Positions 12,111 to 27,163 of a stretch of 64,000 nt of DNA are shown piece by piece. The stretch is from positions 71,734,001-71,798,000 of the forward strand of contig NC_043001.1 of NCBI RefSeq assembly GCF_006345805.1, read 5' to 3'. The notes below the pieces were generated by a model. The model was given only the letters and a program-made list of their open reading frames with translations. It was not told where the DNA came from and made no database searches. Every line of letters starts with the position of its first letter. The first letter of the stretch is position 1. This DNA is from Octopus sinensis. Taxonomy: Eukaryota. A program made the translations under genes and the position numbers.

Positions 12111-12512
12111 GTATCACTCAGGCTTGCGAGGAAGGTATGGCCTCCCATTGCAAATACTTCAAGGGCACTGAAAGGGTGTCTAAAGCCAGCTGGAGACGAT
12201 GATCTCCTGGGGCTAAAAAGCTACAGTAACACCCCCACTTTGTGGTTAGCCATATTTAGATGGCTTTTATACTTTACATTGTCGAGCGGTTACTGTTTAC
12301 ATCTCGCTCTGAGATTTAATAATGCTTACAGTCAGTTTTTCGAAATCAGTGGCAGACGTCACTAGAAAAACTCTTATATATTTGCAAAGCAGGCCTTGTC
12401 TTTCATCGTGACCTGGTAGATCAACAGCTGACGGGTTTTTTTGTGTCGGTTATTTTGTGTATCGCGGTTGTGAGTTCGAATTCGTTGGTGGAAGCTGTTA
12501 CGGCGTGATGAA

Positions 12513-13076
12513 TTGTTGGAGTTTTTGTTGAGTATGCAAGCCCAAACTTATGCGGGAGCAGCAGGCAAAGGCCTGGCTGCGAGCGAACTGCAGTTGGAGG
12601 AAGTGATCGTCGAGAAGGCGATTTTGAAGAAATACTTCAATAGCTTCAAGAAGGAAGGTGATTGTGTGAGGGTCGCACCACCTGAAGACGAAGCGAAAGA
12701 AGCAGAGAAGCGTATTATAACATACAGAACGTGGAGCGTGGCTTCGAAGAAAATAGAAGTGGCAGAGGCGGAGGAAATCGAGAGGTGTCTACAGGGAATT
12801 GAAGGAGAAACTACCTTCTACAATAGAGGTAGAAAATACGCAACAGTAGTAGTTCATTTTGAGAACGAAGATGAAGCGAAAAGGAACGCCACGAAAATAT
12901 TGAAAACTGAAAAATGGGTATTACTACCTAGCTACTGTGGAAAAAGAGCAGTAAGAATAATAATAAGTAAAATTTCACCAGAACTGAACATGGAAAGAAA
13001 TATAGCAGCAATAGTATTCAACTGCAAAGAGAGCGTTGACATACTGAAGGTGGAAAAGTCGAAAGAAGTAAAGTAG
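12513..13076 (+). pseudogene. Orphan ORF1 (gag-like) of a Tx1/L1-like LINE, 3'-truncated
   Basis: YNRGRKYATVVVHFENEDEAK...LLPSYCGKRAVRIIISKI aligns by eye with INWGPQFNTVVVRFPNQEVAK...MIPYYKGQRVSKITIKNV of ORF1 at 28999-29712. Confidence 0.72.
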
Positions 13077-13147
13077 TGGGGTTATGCGGTGCAGGTTTTG
13101 GTTCACATAACCATGCCAGACATGTATAACATCCCAGATATATATAT

Positions 13148-14200
<1,053 letters not shown>

Positions 14201-14224
14201 TAAAAGAATGTATGTGTGTGTGTG

Positions 14225-14417
14225 TATAAAATTAACAGAATGAAATTTTAAAAATCCAAGGCTGTGAATAGCGTGCAGAACATTTATAAAGAAGTCTTAC
14301 AGCTGTTTGTTTCCGGGATATACAAAACAACCCGAAAAAAGCTGTAAGACTTTCTCTTTATAAATGTTTTGAAAACTATTCACTTGGATTTTTTATCACA
14401 TTCTGCTATTTTTTATA
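14225..14417. repeat. Palindromic TA-flanked element (~90-bp arms)
   Basis: aacatttataaaga.agtcttacagct / agctgtaagactt.tctttataaatgtt and outer arms; centre cggg-13 nt-cccg. Confidence 0.85.
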
Positions 14418-14559
14418 TATATGCATGTTAATACACGACCTACGTTGGACTCCTCATTCGTATCATTATCGTACCTGGAGCTTAACTATAGTCTGTCCAT
14501 AGCACACTTACTCAGCATTACCTGACATTTTTGGATCTTCTTGACACCAATACCCTCGA

Positions 14560-14621
<62 letters not shown>

Positions 14622-16249
14622 TATTTAATGCCTGAATTAAATAACTTTGAGTTTCTTTGATAAAACGTTAAATCTATGAAATACAACTACACGCATACAT
14701 ATATCTGTGCATGTGTGTGTGTGTGTTTTTTGTGCATTTGTACTAGATCGCTCGGCGTCACTACAGGGAAAGTGTAACTCATTACAATCTGTTTCATGAT
14801 CAGATTGTCGGCGATTATACTGACAACTCCGCCAAATTAGCTTAGTGAGTAGAGCGATCTTTGAACACCTTTTAGCATCTGTGCCTGCGCGGTATATAAT
14901 TGACAGACTTCAAACTAAGAGCCAAGTAGTCTTGTTGTGGCGGCGTGAATGAATTACTGCCATTTCTGTAGTTTCAGGAACACAGGAGTCGTTGGGGTTT
15001 TTGAAGTGCCTTGTAGTCAGTCGTGGTTTTCAGTGATTACGGATAACTGAAAATTATTGAAGTCACAAACAGCGTGGTAATGAGGATATCACACATTTCC
15101 TGCAATGAAAAACCTCCAATTCCATATTGTGTAGTTACACAGGAGCAGTCATGATTCTCTTGTCCATCGCTTGGATGCGTCCCCGATTGAGGTTGGAAAT
15201 ATGGTTGAAGTCATTGTCTTCATAAACCATTGGACTAACATAATAACTTTATGTAACGTCTGTTTTCTTCATTTCTTTCTACCTTATTTGTTTACTTATT
15301 TATTTGATGGTCTTTTTGCTGCGGGTGCTAGCTCAATGTCGAATCTATATATGAGTGTATTTGAATGTTTCTGAGTATATATATGTGCGTGCACGTGCGT
15401 GCGTGTCTGTATACGTCTATATGCCTATATGTTACATACACAGGCATAAGTAAATAGATGGATAGAGTGAGAGAGAGAGGGGGGGCGAGATGTGTACTTA
15501 AATATATATACACAATACGTATATATGTATTTATATATTTTTGTGGTTATATATATATGTGTATGTGTGTGTGTGTGTGTGTGTGTATTGTGTATGTCAG
15601 AGAGAGAGCAAGAGGGAGAGAGCGAGAGAGAAAGTCTGCACATATATGTGTGTATATAATGTTAAAAATATAAACGGAGATAACCTCCAAATAAGTTTCA
15701 GACAGCCAGACCAGACGCAAAAGCAGCAGTAATTACTGCAGTATTGCAGTATGATAAATAATAATGAAATGTTTCTTCCTACACGGACACACACACACAC
15801 ACAGACACATATATATATATATATGGCGAGAGCGAGCGTGTAAGTTAAGTCTAATGATGTAAACATGTGAACACGATCGGCTGCGGTCAACAGCTACGTT
15901 AACAAATGAGACGTTTATCATCTTTTATCATTGACATAGTCTTCTCCATTGCAGACAATATTGTCCCAGTCGAGCGACTATCATTTGATGAAGCCGTACG
16001 GTAATTATCAATTGGCGAACGCTTGTTTTGCAAGAGTTAATTAGGGGTAGAGATTGCTGCTCATATATTATTGGTTATGTTCGCATCTCGTTAAATTTGC
16101 ATCGACTTTTATTTAATTATTTACTTCGTTAGAGATTTAAAATTAGATCTTAAAATTTTATTTCAATTAGCGAAAGTTTTATAATCATAATAAAATTCTT
16201 CGTCGTTGATTATTTTTAATTATGGTTCTATTTTATTGTTAATGTTGTT

Positions 16250-16262
16250 GTTACTATTATTA

Positions 16263-16344
<82 letters not shown>

Positions 16345-16345
16345 T
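16250..16345. repeat. (ATT)n microsatellite
   Basis: Directly visible. Confidence 0.95.
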
Positions 16346-16789
16346 TAGGCGCTTTACTTGCTTTTGTTTCTGAAGACTGTTTTTTTTAATGGTATAGAAA
16401 AAACACACAAAAAAAACATTCTATTTTTGAAAAATGTTCTCTTGCATCAAATAATTGGATTTCAAAATTTTAAAATAATTGATATTTTGTCAGGCGTTTT
16501 TTTTTTTTTTTTGGTACAAGTTTAAACACGAGTTTAAATGGAAGTAAAATATCGTTTTGTATGCATTACAGTATTGAGTCAATAAAGTTAGAATAACCAG
16601 ATAAATATAGCAATGGATTACCGTTTCACATTTCCTGTCGAATTTACGTCGACAACATAACTCTGCATAACGCAGTTAACCCGGGTGTCTAGAATATAGG
16701 CAAGATATGGAACCACTGGCATGCTTACTCCTTTCTCTGTGTATTCTATCATTACTATAATGGCATGTGTTCCTCGGACCGATTGGTCA

Positions 16790-16925
16790 TGTGCCTCTTC
16801 ACAAGACGTTGGTCAGCTCGGAATATATTAGGAGACACTTGCCCAAAGTGCCACGCAGAGGAATCAAACCTGAAATTACATGGTTGCGAAGCAAACTTTT
16901 TAAACACATGGCTATGTCTGCGCTT
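16790..16925 (-). mobile_element. SINE family B head, diverged
   Basis: gagacacttgcccaaagtgccacgcag.ggaatcaaacc is the reverse complement of the family head. Confidence 0.7.
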
Positions 16926-17000
16926 TTACATACATAAATACACACACACACACATACAAGCACACATGCACATACAAGCATACATATTCATGCGTACATA

Positions 17001-17875
17001 TGAGGTCTGATCAATAAGTATCCGGACTGGTGCTATAAAAACAAAACTACAACACGTACCAATTTGGCATTTAATCTCCTTCAAAGTAGTGCCCTTCGGA
17101 AGCCATGCACTTAATCCAGCACTGTTTCCACCGATCGAAGCATTCCTGGAACTCGTTTTCTGGGATAATCGGCAGCTGCCACGTCGCATTCACTTTGATT
17201 TCCTCGGCGTCCTGAAATTTTCTTCCTTTCAAGCAGGATTTGATTTTTGGAAAGAGGAAAACGTAACAAGGGACGAGATCTGGGAATACGGTGGCTGTCG
17301 GACCTGGGGAATGCTGTGCCGAGCCAAAAACTGCTGCACAAGCTGCGCTGGATCGGCAGGCGCGTTGTCAGCTGAAGGCTTTGGCACAAACTTGGCAGAC
17401 ACGCGTCTCATACTCACACCTTCAATGATAATGGACTGAACTGAACCGTAACTAATCTGCATATTTTCTGATAACTCACGGATGGTGATTCGACGATTTC
17501 CTTTCACAGCTGCACGCACATCTGTGATGTTTTTCTCAGTTCTGGTGGTTGCAGGTCTCCCAGAACGTTCGTCACTATCGACATTTTTCGACTCATGTAC
17601 TCCTCTCCATACACTTTCTGTAACTTCGCGTAGGCCTCTGAGCAGATACCACCAAACTTTTGGCAAAATCTGATGCATACTCAAGGTCAATGCGATGATC
17701 ACACGCTACACATGCCCCTTCCAAGCACTATAAAAAGGGGAAATGAGCTAGAACGTTAAAACTTTGTGCGCATGCACAGCAGAGTTTAAGGTCAATATGT
17801 GCCAAGCGGCTTCACTCCGCGTGCTTTAACTTCGTTACAACTGCAACCGACCGGATACTTATTGATCAGACCACG
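17001..17875 (-). mobile_element. Mariner transposon, internal deletion derivative
   Basis: 25-bp TIRs (tgaggtctgatcaataagtatccgg / ccggatacttattgatcagaccacg), TA on the left; transposase DERSGRP, ITIREL, SAKFVPK fused directly to DNAPA..PPYS. Confidence 0.92.
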
Positions 17876-18409
17876 TGTAGTGGTGAGGTGGGTAAAATAT
17901 GTTCTTCACCTTTCTCTCCCTTTTCCATATCGCTTATTCCTACTCTTTCTCCTACTACTACGACCTTTCCCTCTCCCACTCTCTATTTTATTCTCTACCC
18001 CTTATTACATGCTCTTTTATCTCTCCTCTTAAACGGTATCACATGACTTCTTGTTTCTAAAATTTCCATCTTTTTTAGCCTGGCCGCTCTCTTGGTCAGT
18101 TGGGGATTTTTCCGCTCTTGTAGATTTTAAATTTACTTTAGACTTGGTTTATCTTATATATTTCCAAGTCCGAAATGTTATTCTTTCCTATTAGCGTTAC
18201 TTTTGCACGTCTTGTCTTAATTCTACCATATAGACTAAAGGCTTCTAAAGTTATTAAAAATATACTTGTATCGTTCATTATTCGTTTATAACTCTTGTAT
18301 TCTCATTCGCGCACCCGGTAACCTGGTCGCCTACCTTGGAATATAAGAACTTTTTTCAGCTTATCTTCTCCGATATGAAAAACATCCACAACCTTCCGTC
18401 TCAATAAAT

Positions 18410-18807
18410 CACTACTGTCCCTGAAAGTTGGCAACAGGACTCTGCACCATGCCACACTAGCATGAGAATCGAGTAATGGCTGTCAGACAATTTCTGCGAC
18501 CACATCACCCCTAACATCTAACCACCTAACTCCCCCCTTGATTATTTTGTAACACCAAATATAAACTGAAGGTAAAGATTATGGTATCATTCACCAACTT
18601 AAACAAGGAGACCGTCAAGAGTTGCAGGAGATTCCGTAGTTGTCTGGAGGCCGTGGTTAAAGCCAATGGTGATTTTATTGAATAAATTTACTTTTTAGTA
18701 TTTCAAGATAATTTTATGTAATTTTGGCAAATATATCTGTAAAAATGAGATGTCAATGTTATTATTTTTTCGTAATTTAGACGACAGTTTATTCACCGCA
18801 CCCTGCA
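18410..18807 (+). mobile_element. Tc1/mariner-superfamily transposase 3' fragment with right end
   Basis: WQQDSAPCHTS..WLSDNFCDHITPNI*PPNSP; ends in attcaccgcaccctgca-ta. Confidence 0.7.
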
Positions 18808-18831
18808 TATATACACGAGTAAGCACACCCA

Positions 18832-18897
<66 letters not shown>

Positions 18898-19395
18898 TGT
18901 GTGTGTGTGAGGGACGTGCCGCCTAGGTAGGCAAGGTAGGCAGTGCCTACCTTGAGTAAAAGAGATCGATAGCAACATTTTCCTTTTAATGCAAAATATG
19001 CACCTAATTCAATAAAATTATGAAGGTTACTCTGATTATTATGCATAAAATGCAAAACATATATATATATATATTATTTTTTGTAGATTAGGTACGCATA
19101 ATTCGCCCCTGCTTTTCAATCTCAGTATTTAAGCCACGCATAATATTGCCATAGTACACGTGCTGCGTACACTCCTACCGTACCGTTTTCTTTACGTGCT
19201 ATAAAGGCAGAAGTAAATCTGCCTACAACCCAGCTGCGCGTCCGTGTTTCGCTTATTTTTCGTGTGTTTTACTACATGAAGGTCACCAACTGCCTAGCCT
19301 GAGTAATTACAGACGGCACGTGCTTGGTATATGTGTGTGTGTGTATGTATATATATATATATATATATACATATATATATTTTTTTATTTATATA

Positions 19396-19469
<74 letters not shown>

Positions 19470-20919
19470 ATGAAGGCGGACCCTCTTTGTGGGCTTCCGT
19501 GACCTAACATCCTTATAGTTTAAAGGACTAGTCACAACTATTACTATTGTGATTACTACCACGACTATAATAATGTAATCGAATGGTTAGATGCGAGACA
19601 AACCTGAAACGAATTGAACAATAGACTAAATCAATCAGAGACTATGTATTTACGGTGGAACATGACAAAAACTGATTTATTGATTATTGAACTGTTCCAA
19701 CTCTACTAAATTATTTTATGGTGTCAAGAAATCTGACTGAAGGTACCTATTTTGGTATTTACACACAATAGGAATTACAATTCCCTGACTTCAAATACGG
19801 GATGTCAAAAATATGTTTCCTTTCGTTTCCTTATTATTAGAGACTCTGATATAAATACGGAAGAATCAGAAAGGGAAAAAAAATGATCGAGGATGTAAAA
19901 ATATAATGGTACCACACAATGAGGCCGGTATTATATTTGCACAACTATCGTCTTCTTTCATTCAGTCTAATGTGAAAATAATACAGTAAAATACGACATT
20001 TGAAACCACTAATCCAAATGAAGTGTTTACAGACTTTACGAGGTATTGAAATGGTACTTCGTAGAAGCAAAACAATTTAATCACAGTCTTTAAACAGTGT
20101 ATTATTGATTGGTTATCGAGTATCGATGTCATTAAAGTGGACGCTTCGTGACTTGCTTCAAGCTAGAAGATCGTTATACAGCAGTAACTTTTAGTTTCCT
20201 TCACATCATATCTGATTCCAACGATCAACAATTGGCAAATATCACATCTACTTCAACATTAAGACAATTCTGTTCTATGCTATGTATAACTGGTAATCTT
20301 TCTGGGGTGCACAGATGCACAGAGTTCTATATGTACTGTTAATTTAACATACTGATGCATAAACAAATGCGTGTGCACACACACACACACACACATACAC
20401 ACACATATACTCACACGCACACATGCATATATGTACACATGCATGAACGTATGTGTATACGTATGTATATATATATGTATATATAAGTATATATGCATGT
20501 ATACATGCATGCATGTACATATGGAAGTATGTAAGTATATATGTATATATGCATGAATATATGCATGAATATATTTATGTATATATGTAAGTAATGTATG
20601 CAACCATGTATATAAATGAACGTTTATGTTTGTATGTATTTATATGTCTGTATGTATGTATGCATGCATGTGTGTATGTGTGTGTGCATGTATGTCATTG
20701 TTCAGTTTATTTCAAGATTTCTTGCCAATAGAGAAAGAACCGGTTTCTAACCTAGATCCAACGCTCTTTCAATGGAATTTCAACATCAACAGAGTATTTT
20801 TGTATATATGAATGTATTATGTGTGTATGTATGTATATGTCTATGTATGTATGTGCAGATTTGTATGTTTTATGTATGTATTCTCATGCATATAGTTGCA
20901 TATCTAGACATGCTCATAT

Positions 20920-22140
20920 AGATTTAAATGATAAACCTCTGGAAAGTTTTACAGACTTTTACAGTTCCAGTGACGGATTGGATCTGTAGTCTTCGAATTA
21001 GCTTTCTCCTTTCTGATTTTGAGAAGCCTAATTTCTCAAGATTGGTATTTAGGCAGTGTGTTACATATCCCAGGGCCCCAATAATAACAGGTATAAACCT
21101 GAAAGGCGGCGAGCTGGCAGAAACGTTAGCACGCCGGGCGAAATGCGTAGCTGTATTTCGTCTGTCGTTACGTTGTGAGTTCAAATTCCGCCGAGGTCGA
21201 CTTTGCCTTTCATCCTTTCGGGGTCGATAAATTAAGTACCAGTTACGCACTGGGGTCGATGTAATCGACTTAATACCTATGTCTGTCCTTGTTTGTCCCC
21301 CTCTGTATTTAGCCCCTTGTGGGTAATAAAGAAATAGGTATAAACCTGAAATTATAATCTCGATTGAGTAACTCCAGATTTCTCAATAGGTGTTATCTTT
21401 TTCACTGATCGTAGCTTTATGTTAACATCCACTGGGCAGCTAATTTCCACAACTGTGCACAGTTTCTCTTCGCTATCTCAAATCGTTATATTAGGTTTGT
21501 TTTGCTTACATTTTATTGAGGTCTTCACTGGTACGTTCCACCAGTATTCCTTCCTATTATGAGTGGCTATGGCTTCTACCATATTGTGGTTTCTTATTTC
21601 TTTGTCCTCAGGATTATTCTTCTCACGGATTTCATTATAGAATGTCCTAGCTACATCATGCCTCATCGGTACCGTAATGACAAATTCGGACAACTGCTTA
21701 TGATGAGGGTGATATCTGCATCGGTTATCACATTTTACTACTTTCCCTGCATCTCTATCCCTTTTGTGCATCAGGTACTTGGTTGATATTTCCTGTTCCT
21801 GGATAGAAAACACACCCTTCAAAGTGGGAGGTAGTAATCCGGCTATTGGTCCATGATAAACTGCTTTGATGATCGATGTTACTATCATCACGGAGGTTTC
21901 TACTAACATTTCCATACATAGTCTTCTATTCATATAGACTCATCCTTTCATCTGATGATACGTTGCGGTAGAGTCTTGTGACTTCTTTGGGCATGTATTC
22001 TAGGTTATGAGACAAAGAGTGTTGCTCAAGGAGCTGCCTTCCAAGTCTTATGACGTTATCAGCCATATGTATGCAACTTGGTCAAGGGATGCACTTCGAC
22101 ACTTGGTGGTTAAAAGATGTTGCCGAAGGGATATGATGCG
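20920..22140 (-). mobile_element. 3' part of an R2-superfamily (R4/Dong-like) LINE with REL endonuclease, interrupted by a SINE (copy 1)
   Basis: PMRHDVAR, EYWWNVPV..NKPNITI, VVEISCP, RFIPVIIGALGYV...TFQRFII*. Confidence 0.82.
21105..21335 (+). mobile_element. SINE family A, full length, 16-bp TSD
   Basis: TSD aggtataaacctgaaa at 21089-21104 and 21336-21351. Confidence 0.93.
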
Positions 22141-22936
22141 ACATTCAAAGGCATATGTATGTATGTATGTATGTATGTGTGTGTGTATGTGTGTGTGCAT
22201 GTATGTCATTGTTCAGTTTATTTCAAGATTTCTTGCCAATAGAGAAAGAACCGGTTTCTAACCTAGATCCAACGCTCTTTCAATGGAATTTCAACATCAA
22301 CAGAGTATTTTTGTATATATGAATGTATTATGTGTGTATGTATGTATGTGTGTGTGTATGTGTGTGTGTACATATGAATATGTTTATATTTGTGTGTATG
22401 TATGTATATATATATGTATATATAAGTATATATGCATGTATACATGCATGCATGTACATATGGAAGTATGTAAGTATATATGTATATATAAGTATATATG
22501 CATGTATACATGCATGCATGTACATATGGAAGTATGTAAGTATATATGTATATATGCATGAATATATGCATGAATATATGCATGAATATATTTATGTATA
22601 TATGTAAGTAATGTATGCAACCATGTATATAAATGAACGTTTATGTTTGTATGTATTTATATGTCTGTATGTATGTATGCATGCATGTGTGTATGTGTGT
22701 GTGCATGTATGTCATTGTTCAGTTTATTTCAAGATTTCTTGCCAATAGAGAAAGAACCGGTTTCTAACCTAGATCCAACGCTCTTTCAATGGAATTTCAA
22801 CATCAACAGAGTATTTTTGTATATATGAATGTATTATGTGTGTATGTATGTATATGTCTATGTATGTATGTGCAGATTTGTATGTTTTATGTATGTATTC
22901 TCATGCATATAGTTGCATATCTAGACATGCTCATAT

Positions 22937-24160
22937 AGATTTAAATGATAAACCTCTGGAAAGTTTTACAGACTTTTACAGTTCCAGTGACGGATTGGAT
23001 CTGTAGTCTTCGAATTAGCTTTCTCCTTTCTGATTTTGAGAAGCCTAATTTCTCAAGATTGGTATTTAGGCAGTGTGTTACATATCCCAGGGCCCCAATA
23101 ATAACAGGTATAAACCTGAAAGGCGGCGAGCTGGCAGAAACGTTAGCACGCCGGGCGAAATGCGTAGCTGTATTTCGTCTGTCGTTACGTTGTGAGTTCA
23201 AATTCCGCCGAGGTCGACTTTGCCTTTCATCCTTTCGGGGTCGATAAATTAAGTACCAGTTACGCACTGGGGTCGATGTAATCGACTTAATACCTATGTC
23301 TGTCCTTGTTTGTCCCCCTCTGTATTTAGCCCCTTGTGGGTAATAAAGAAATAGGTATAAACCTGAAATTATAATCTCGATTGAGTAACTCCAGATTTCT
23401 CAATAGGTGTTATCTTTTTCACTGATCGTTAGCTTTATGTTAACATCCACTGGGCAGCTAATTTCCACAACTGTGCACAGTTTCTCTTCGCTATCTCAAA
23501 TCGTTATATTAGGTTTGTTTTGCTTACATTTTATTGAGGTCTTCACTGGTACGTTCCACCAGTATTCCTTCCTATTATGAGTGGCTATGGCTTCTACCAT
23601 ATTGTGGTTTCTTATTTCTTTGTCCTCAGGATTATTCTTCTCACGGATTTCATTATAGAATGTCCTAGCTACATCATGCCTCATCGGTACCGTAATGACA
23701 AATTCGGACAACTGCTTATGATGAGGGTGATATCTGCATCGGTTATCACATTTTACTACTTTCCCTGCATCTCTATCCCTTTTGTGCATCAGGTACTTGG
23801 TTGATATTTCCTGTTCCTGGATAGAAAACACACCCTTCAAAGTGGGAGGTAGTAATCCGGCTATTGGTCCATGATAAACTGCTTTGATGATCGATGTTAC
23901 TATCATCACGGAGGTTTCTACTAACATTTCCATACATAGTCTTCTATTCATATAGACTCATCCTTTCATCTGATGATACGTTGCGGTAGAGTCTTGTGAC
24001 TTCTTTGGGCATGTATTCTAGGTTATGAGACAAAGAGTGTTGCTCAAGGAGCTGCCTTCCAAGTCTTATGACGTTATCAGCCATATGTATGCAAACTTGG
24101 TCAAGGGATGCACTTCGACACTTGGTGGTTAAAAGATGTTGCCGAAGGGATATGATGCGA
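22937..24160 (-). mobile_element. Duplicate of the R2-superfamily LINE 3' part (copy 2)
   Basis: Same translations as copy 1. Confidence 0.82.
23122..23352 (+). mobile_element. SINE family A, duplicated copy
   Basis: Same sequence and TSD as 21105-21335. Confidence 0.93.
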
Positions 24161-24192
24161 CATTCAAAGGCATATGTATGTATGTATTTTTG

Positions 24193-24226
<34 letters not shown>

Positions 24227-24585
24227 TGTATGTGTGTGTGTATGTGTGTGTGTACATATGAATATGTTTATATTTGTGTGTATGTATGTATGTATGTATG
24301 TATGTATGTATGTACGTATGTATGTATGTTCAACAACTTTCTGTTGGATCTGATCTATAAAAACTACGACTATGCTCCAATAGAATCTCTTCAGAGGATG
24401 TTTTTTTATGCGTATCAAACCGTTGTAATATTGGATGAAAAATAACGTTTCCAAATTCATTTTTATCAGCTCTTCCAGGTAATATCAGCCTCATCGTCAG
24501 GATATGAAGTAGTGCTGACTTCTGTGGTGTTCTCTTTTATTGTGGGTGGCTTTTGCTTATGCCGATTTAACATATATAAGCTGAC

Positions 24586-24705
<120 letters not shown>

Positions 24706-24982
24706 CTTTTTATTGTAGCCACACAGGGCTAAACACAATAAAAATGGACGAAATACAATGTAGAATTTTGGGTGGGGCACAAAAAAAAGCAAAAAAACGT
24801 TTGATCAATAGGGATCTGTGGGTTGTGTGGTGTATAAAAAAAGCAATATATATATATATATAAAGTTCACAGTTTAGGTGTAGCCCTGGAAAGAAAAACC
24901 TACAAAAAAGACCAAGGTAACCTCAGATAGTTCGAAAATGAACACATGAGTAAGTCACCTTACTTCTCGTTGTCTCTTTTGG

Positions 24983-27115
24983 TTACAGATTTATGCTTAA
25001 AATAGTGTCGTCTTTCATACTGACCATTTTTGCCACTTTAACCCACTTTTTATTAAAACATTCGTTCGACAAAGCCTTCCTCTCTATTCTCATCCTCCTT
25101 TTCAAGTGTACTTGAAAAAGTTGACGAGAGACTGACCAGAGAGGAAGGTGTTTGTTTGCAGTCCTTTCAAACGCGTCCACCACACACATTCTTTCGCCAT
25201 AGCCATCAGCGTAACGAAAACCGTTTTCCCTTCCCGTTTAAATGAAGGTGGTGGAACAATAATCACGATAGACTCGGCCGATAGGCGGGCCCGACCTACA
25301 CGTGACAACAGCTGTTCGACGAAGGTCCACAGCTCTGAAATATCTGGACACTGCACGAGTGCGTGCAGAACGGTTTCGTCGCTCTGACCGCATCTCGGTG
25401 ATGGTTTTCGAACCGTGCCTGTAGCTCTTCTCTCGAACAGGTAGTGCGTCTCGATAGCATTGCAAGCCAGGGATTTCTGGAAGTTATCCATAGGCCCCGG
25501 CCCGAACGTCGTCCTGAACAGGCGGGTTAGGAATTTCTCGTCGACGCCCAGGTTTGCCCCGAGTGTGTCGTCGGACCTCCCCTCAACTAGTCCTCTATAG
25601 AACGCTTTAGTCGTTTATAAGCTGCACAAGTTTGACCCCGGTCGGCAGAGCTGCTGTAGAGCTTGGCGACACTCTCGGTGCCAATCGCCCAGTTTCGGTC
25701 TCTTCCTGATCCACGTTTGCAGTTCGGTCAGTGAGACGAGCCGCGGGAAGGCACGCCTCACAAACGGCGCCCACACCTGTTCACCGTCATCGATGAAGTT
25801 CCGGAGATGTCGCAGTCTCAGCGCATGCCTGCGCATCATCAACCACGGCATGCCCAGTCCTCCATTCAACGGATGTTGACAGCAAATGGACCTCCTCACC
25901 ATTGGAACGCCACCCTTCCACAGGAAGCGGAAGAGTATGCGTTCCAGTCTGATGATGGTGGCGTCGGGACAAGGCACGACGGTCAGGCGGTAATCGATGA
26001 CAGATGCGATGTACGCGTTCGCCACCTCCGCCCGACCTTTTAGAGACAGCTTTCTCTCGGCCCATGTTTGGCTGAGAGCGACCACTGAACCAGACCCCGA
26101 GCAATTTAACCGGTCCGTCCGTCCAGCGTCCCACTACTGAGCCGCAGTCGGACGGCATGGACTTGCTTCTCCAGGTGCCGAGTAGCAAATCCACTGACTT
26201 TTCCGGGTTAATCTTCGCTCCCGTCACCGTTTCGTATTTTCTTAGTGTCTCGCCTATCATCTGGATGTGTTTTTCGCTTGACACTATGACGGTGACATCG
26301 TCCGCATATGCCGGCACGCTCGTCCCGCAACACAGTTCCCGTGGGATGCCCCTCAGTGTCGCCAGCTTCCGCAGTAGCGGCTCGAGAGTCAATACATACA
26401 GAAGCGCCGACAGGGGGCACCCCTGACGGACCGAACGCGTGATGTCAAACGGTTTCGACAGGTGGCCGTTCACCCGAATCACCGATCGGATGCCGCTATA
26501 CAAGGCAGCGATCCAACCGTGGAAGACGGGACCGAAGCCAGCCGCCCTGAGGACGGCCGCCAAATACCGATGGTCGACCCTATCGAAGGCTTTAGACTGA
26601 TCCAAATTGATCAGCGCCCCACCCATGCCAGGATCCTTAACTACCCTGTCCACAATGTAGCGCATCAGATGGAGGTTGTCATGTATGGTTCTGCCCGGCA
26701 CGGCGCATGTTTGCGCCCTGTCGACCAGTTTACCAATGACAAGCGCCAACCTCTCGGCTATCACTTTGGCCAAAATTTTCAAATCTGCGTTAAGCAGAGT
26801 GATGGACCTGAAATTATCTATAAAATTCTCCTTGTTTGGGTCTTTCTTCAGCAACGTCACTGCACCTCGGCTCACGAAACCGGGAATTCTCCCGTTTTGT
26901 TGCCAGTTGCAGTAGACTGATGCCAAGAGGTCGCCAAACAAGTCTGGCATTTGACGATACAGCTCGTAGGGTATACCATCCAATCCAGGCGACTTATCCC
27001 TCGCGCAGCCCGCCATCGCATCCCAGACGTCAGCGGCCGTGATGGGACTTTCACAACACGCCGCTTCTCTTGCCGAGAGCCGTGGTAGGTCGGTCAGGTA
27101 GACACTGAAATCCAT
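24983..27115 (-). pseudogene. ORF2 RT domain and C-terminal CCHC region, disrupted
   Basis: KSPGLDG, LDQSKAFDRV, RQGCPLS, YADDV, RCGQSDETVLHALVQC; net 47-nt deletion at about 26085 relative to the paralog at 242-290, plus later stops and frameshifts. Confidence 0.92.
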
Positions 27116-27163
27116 CCCGCGTTCCGACCCACCACTCGCACCAAACAGTCGAGCAAAGTGTAG

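Larger units (their letters stand above)
20440..24330. repeat. Tandem duplication of a ~2017-bp unit
   Basis: Identical ORFs offset by 2017-2018 nt (20626/22643, 20924/22941, 21478/23496); a ~145-bp block is present three times (20691, 22201, 22708). Confidence 0.95.

Noticed and set aside
24330-24400. Minus-strand CTGAAGA GATTCT motif
   Set aside because: No matching stem II 3' strand or GAAA.
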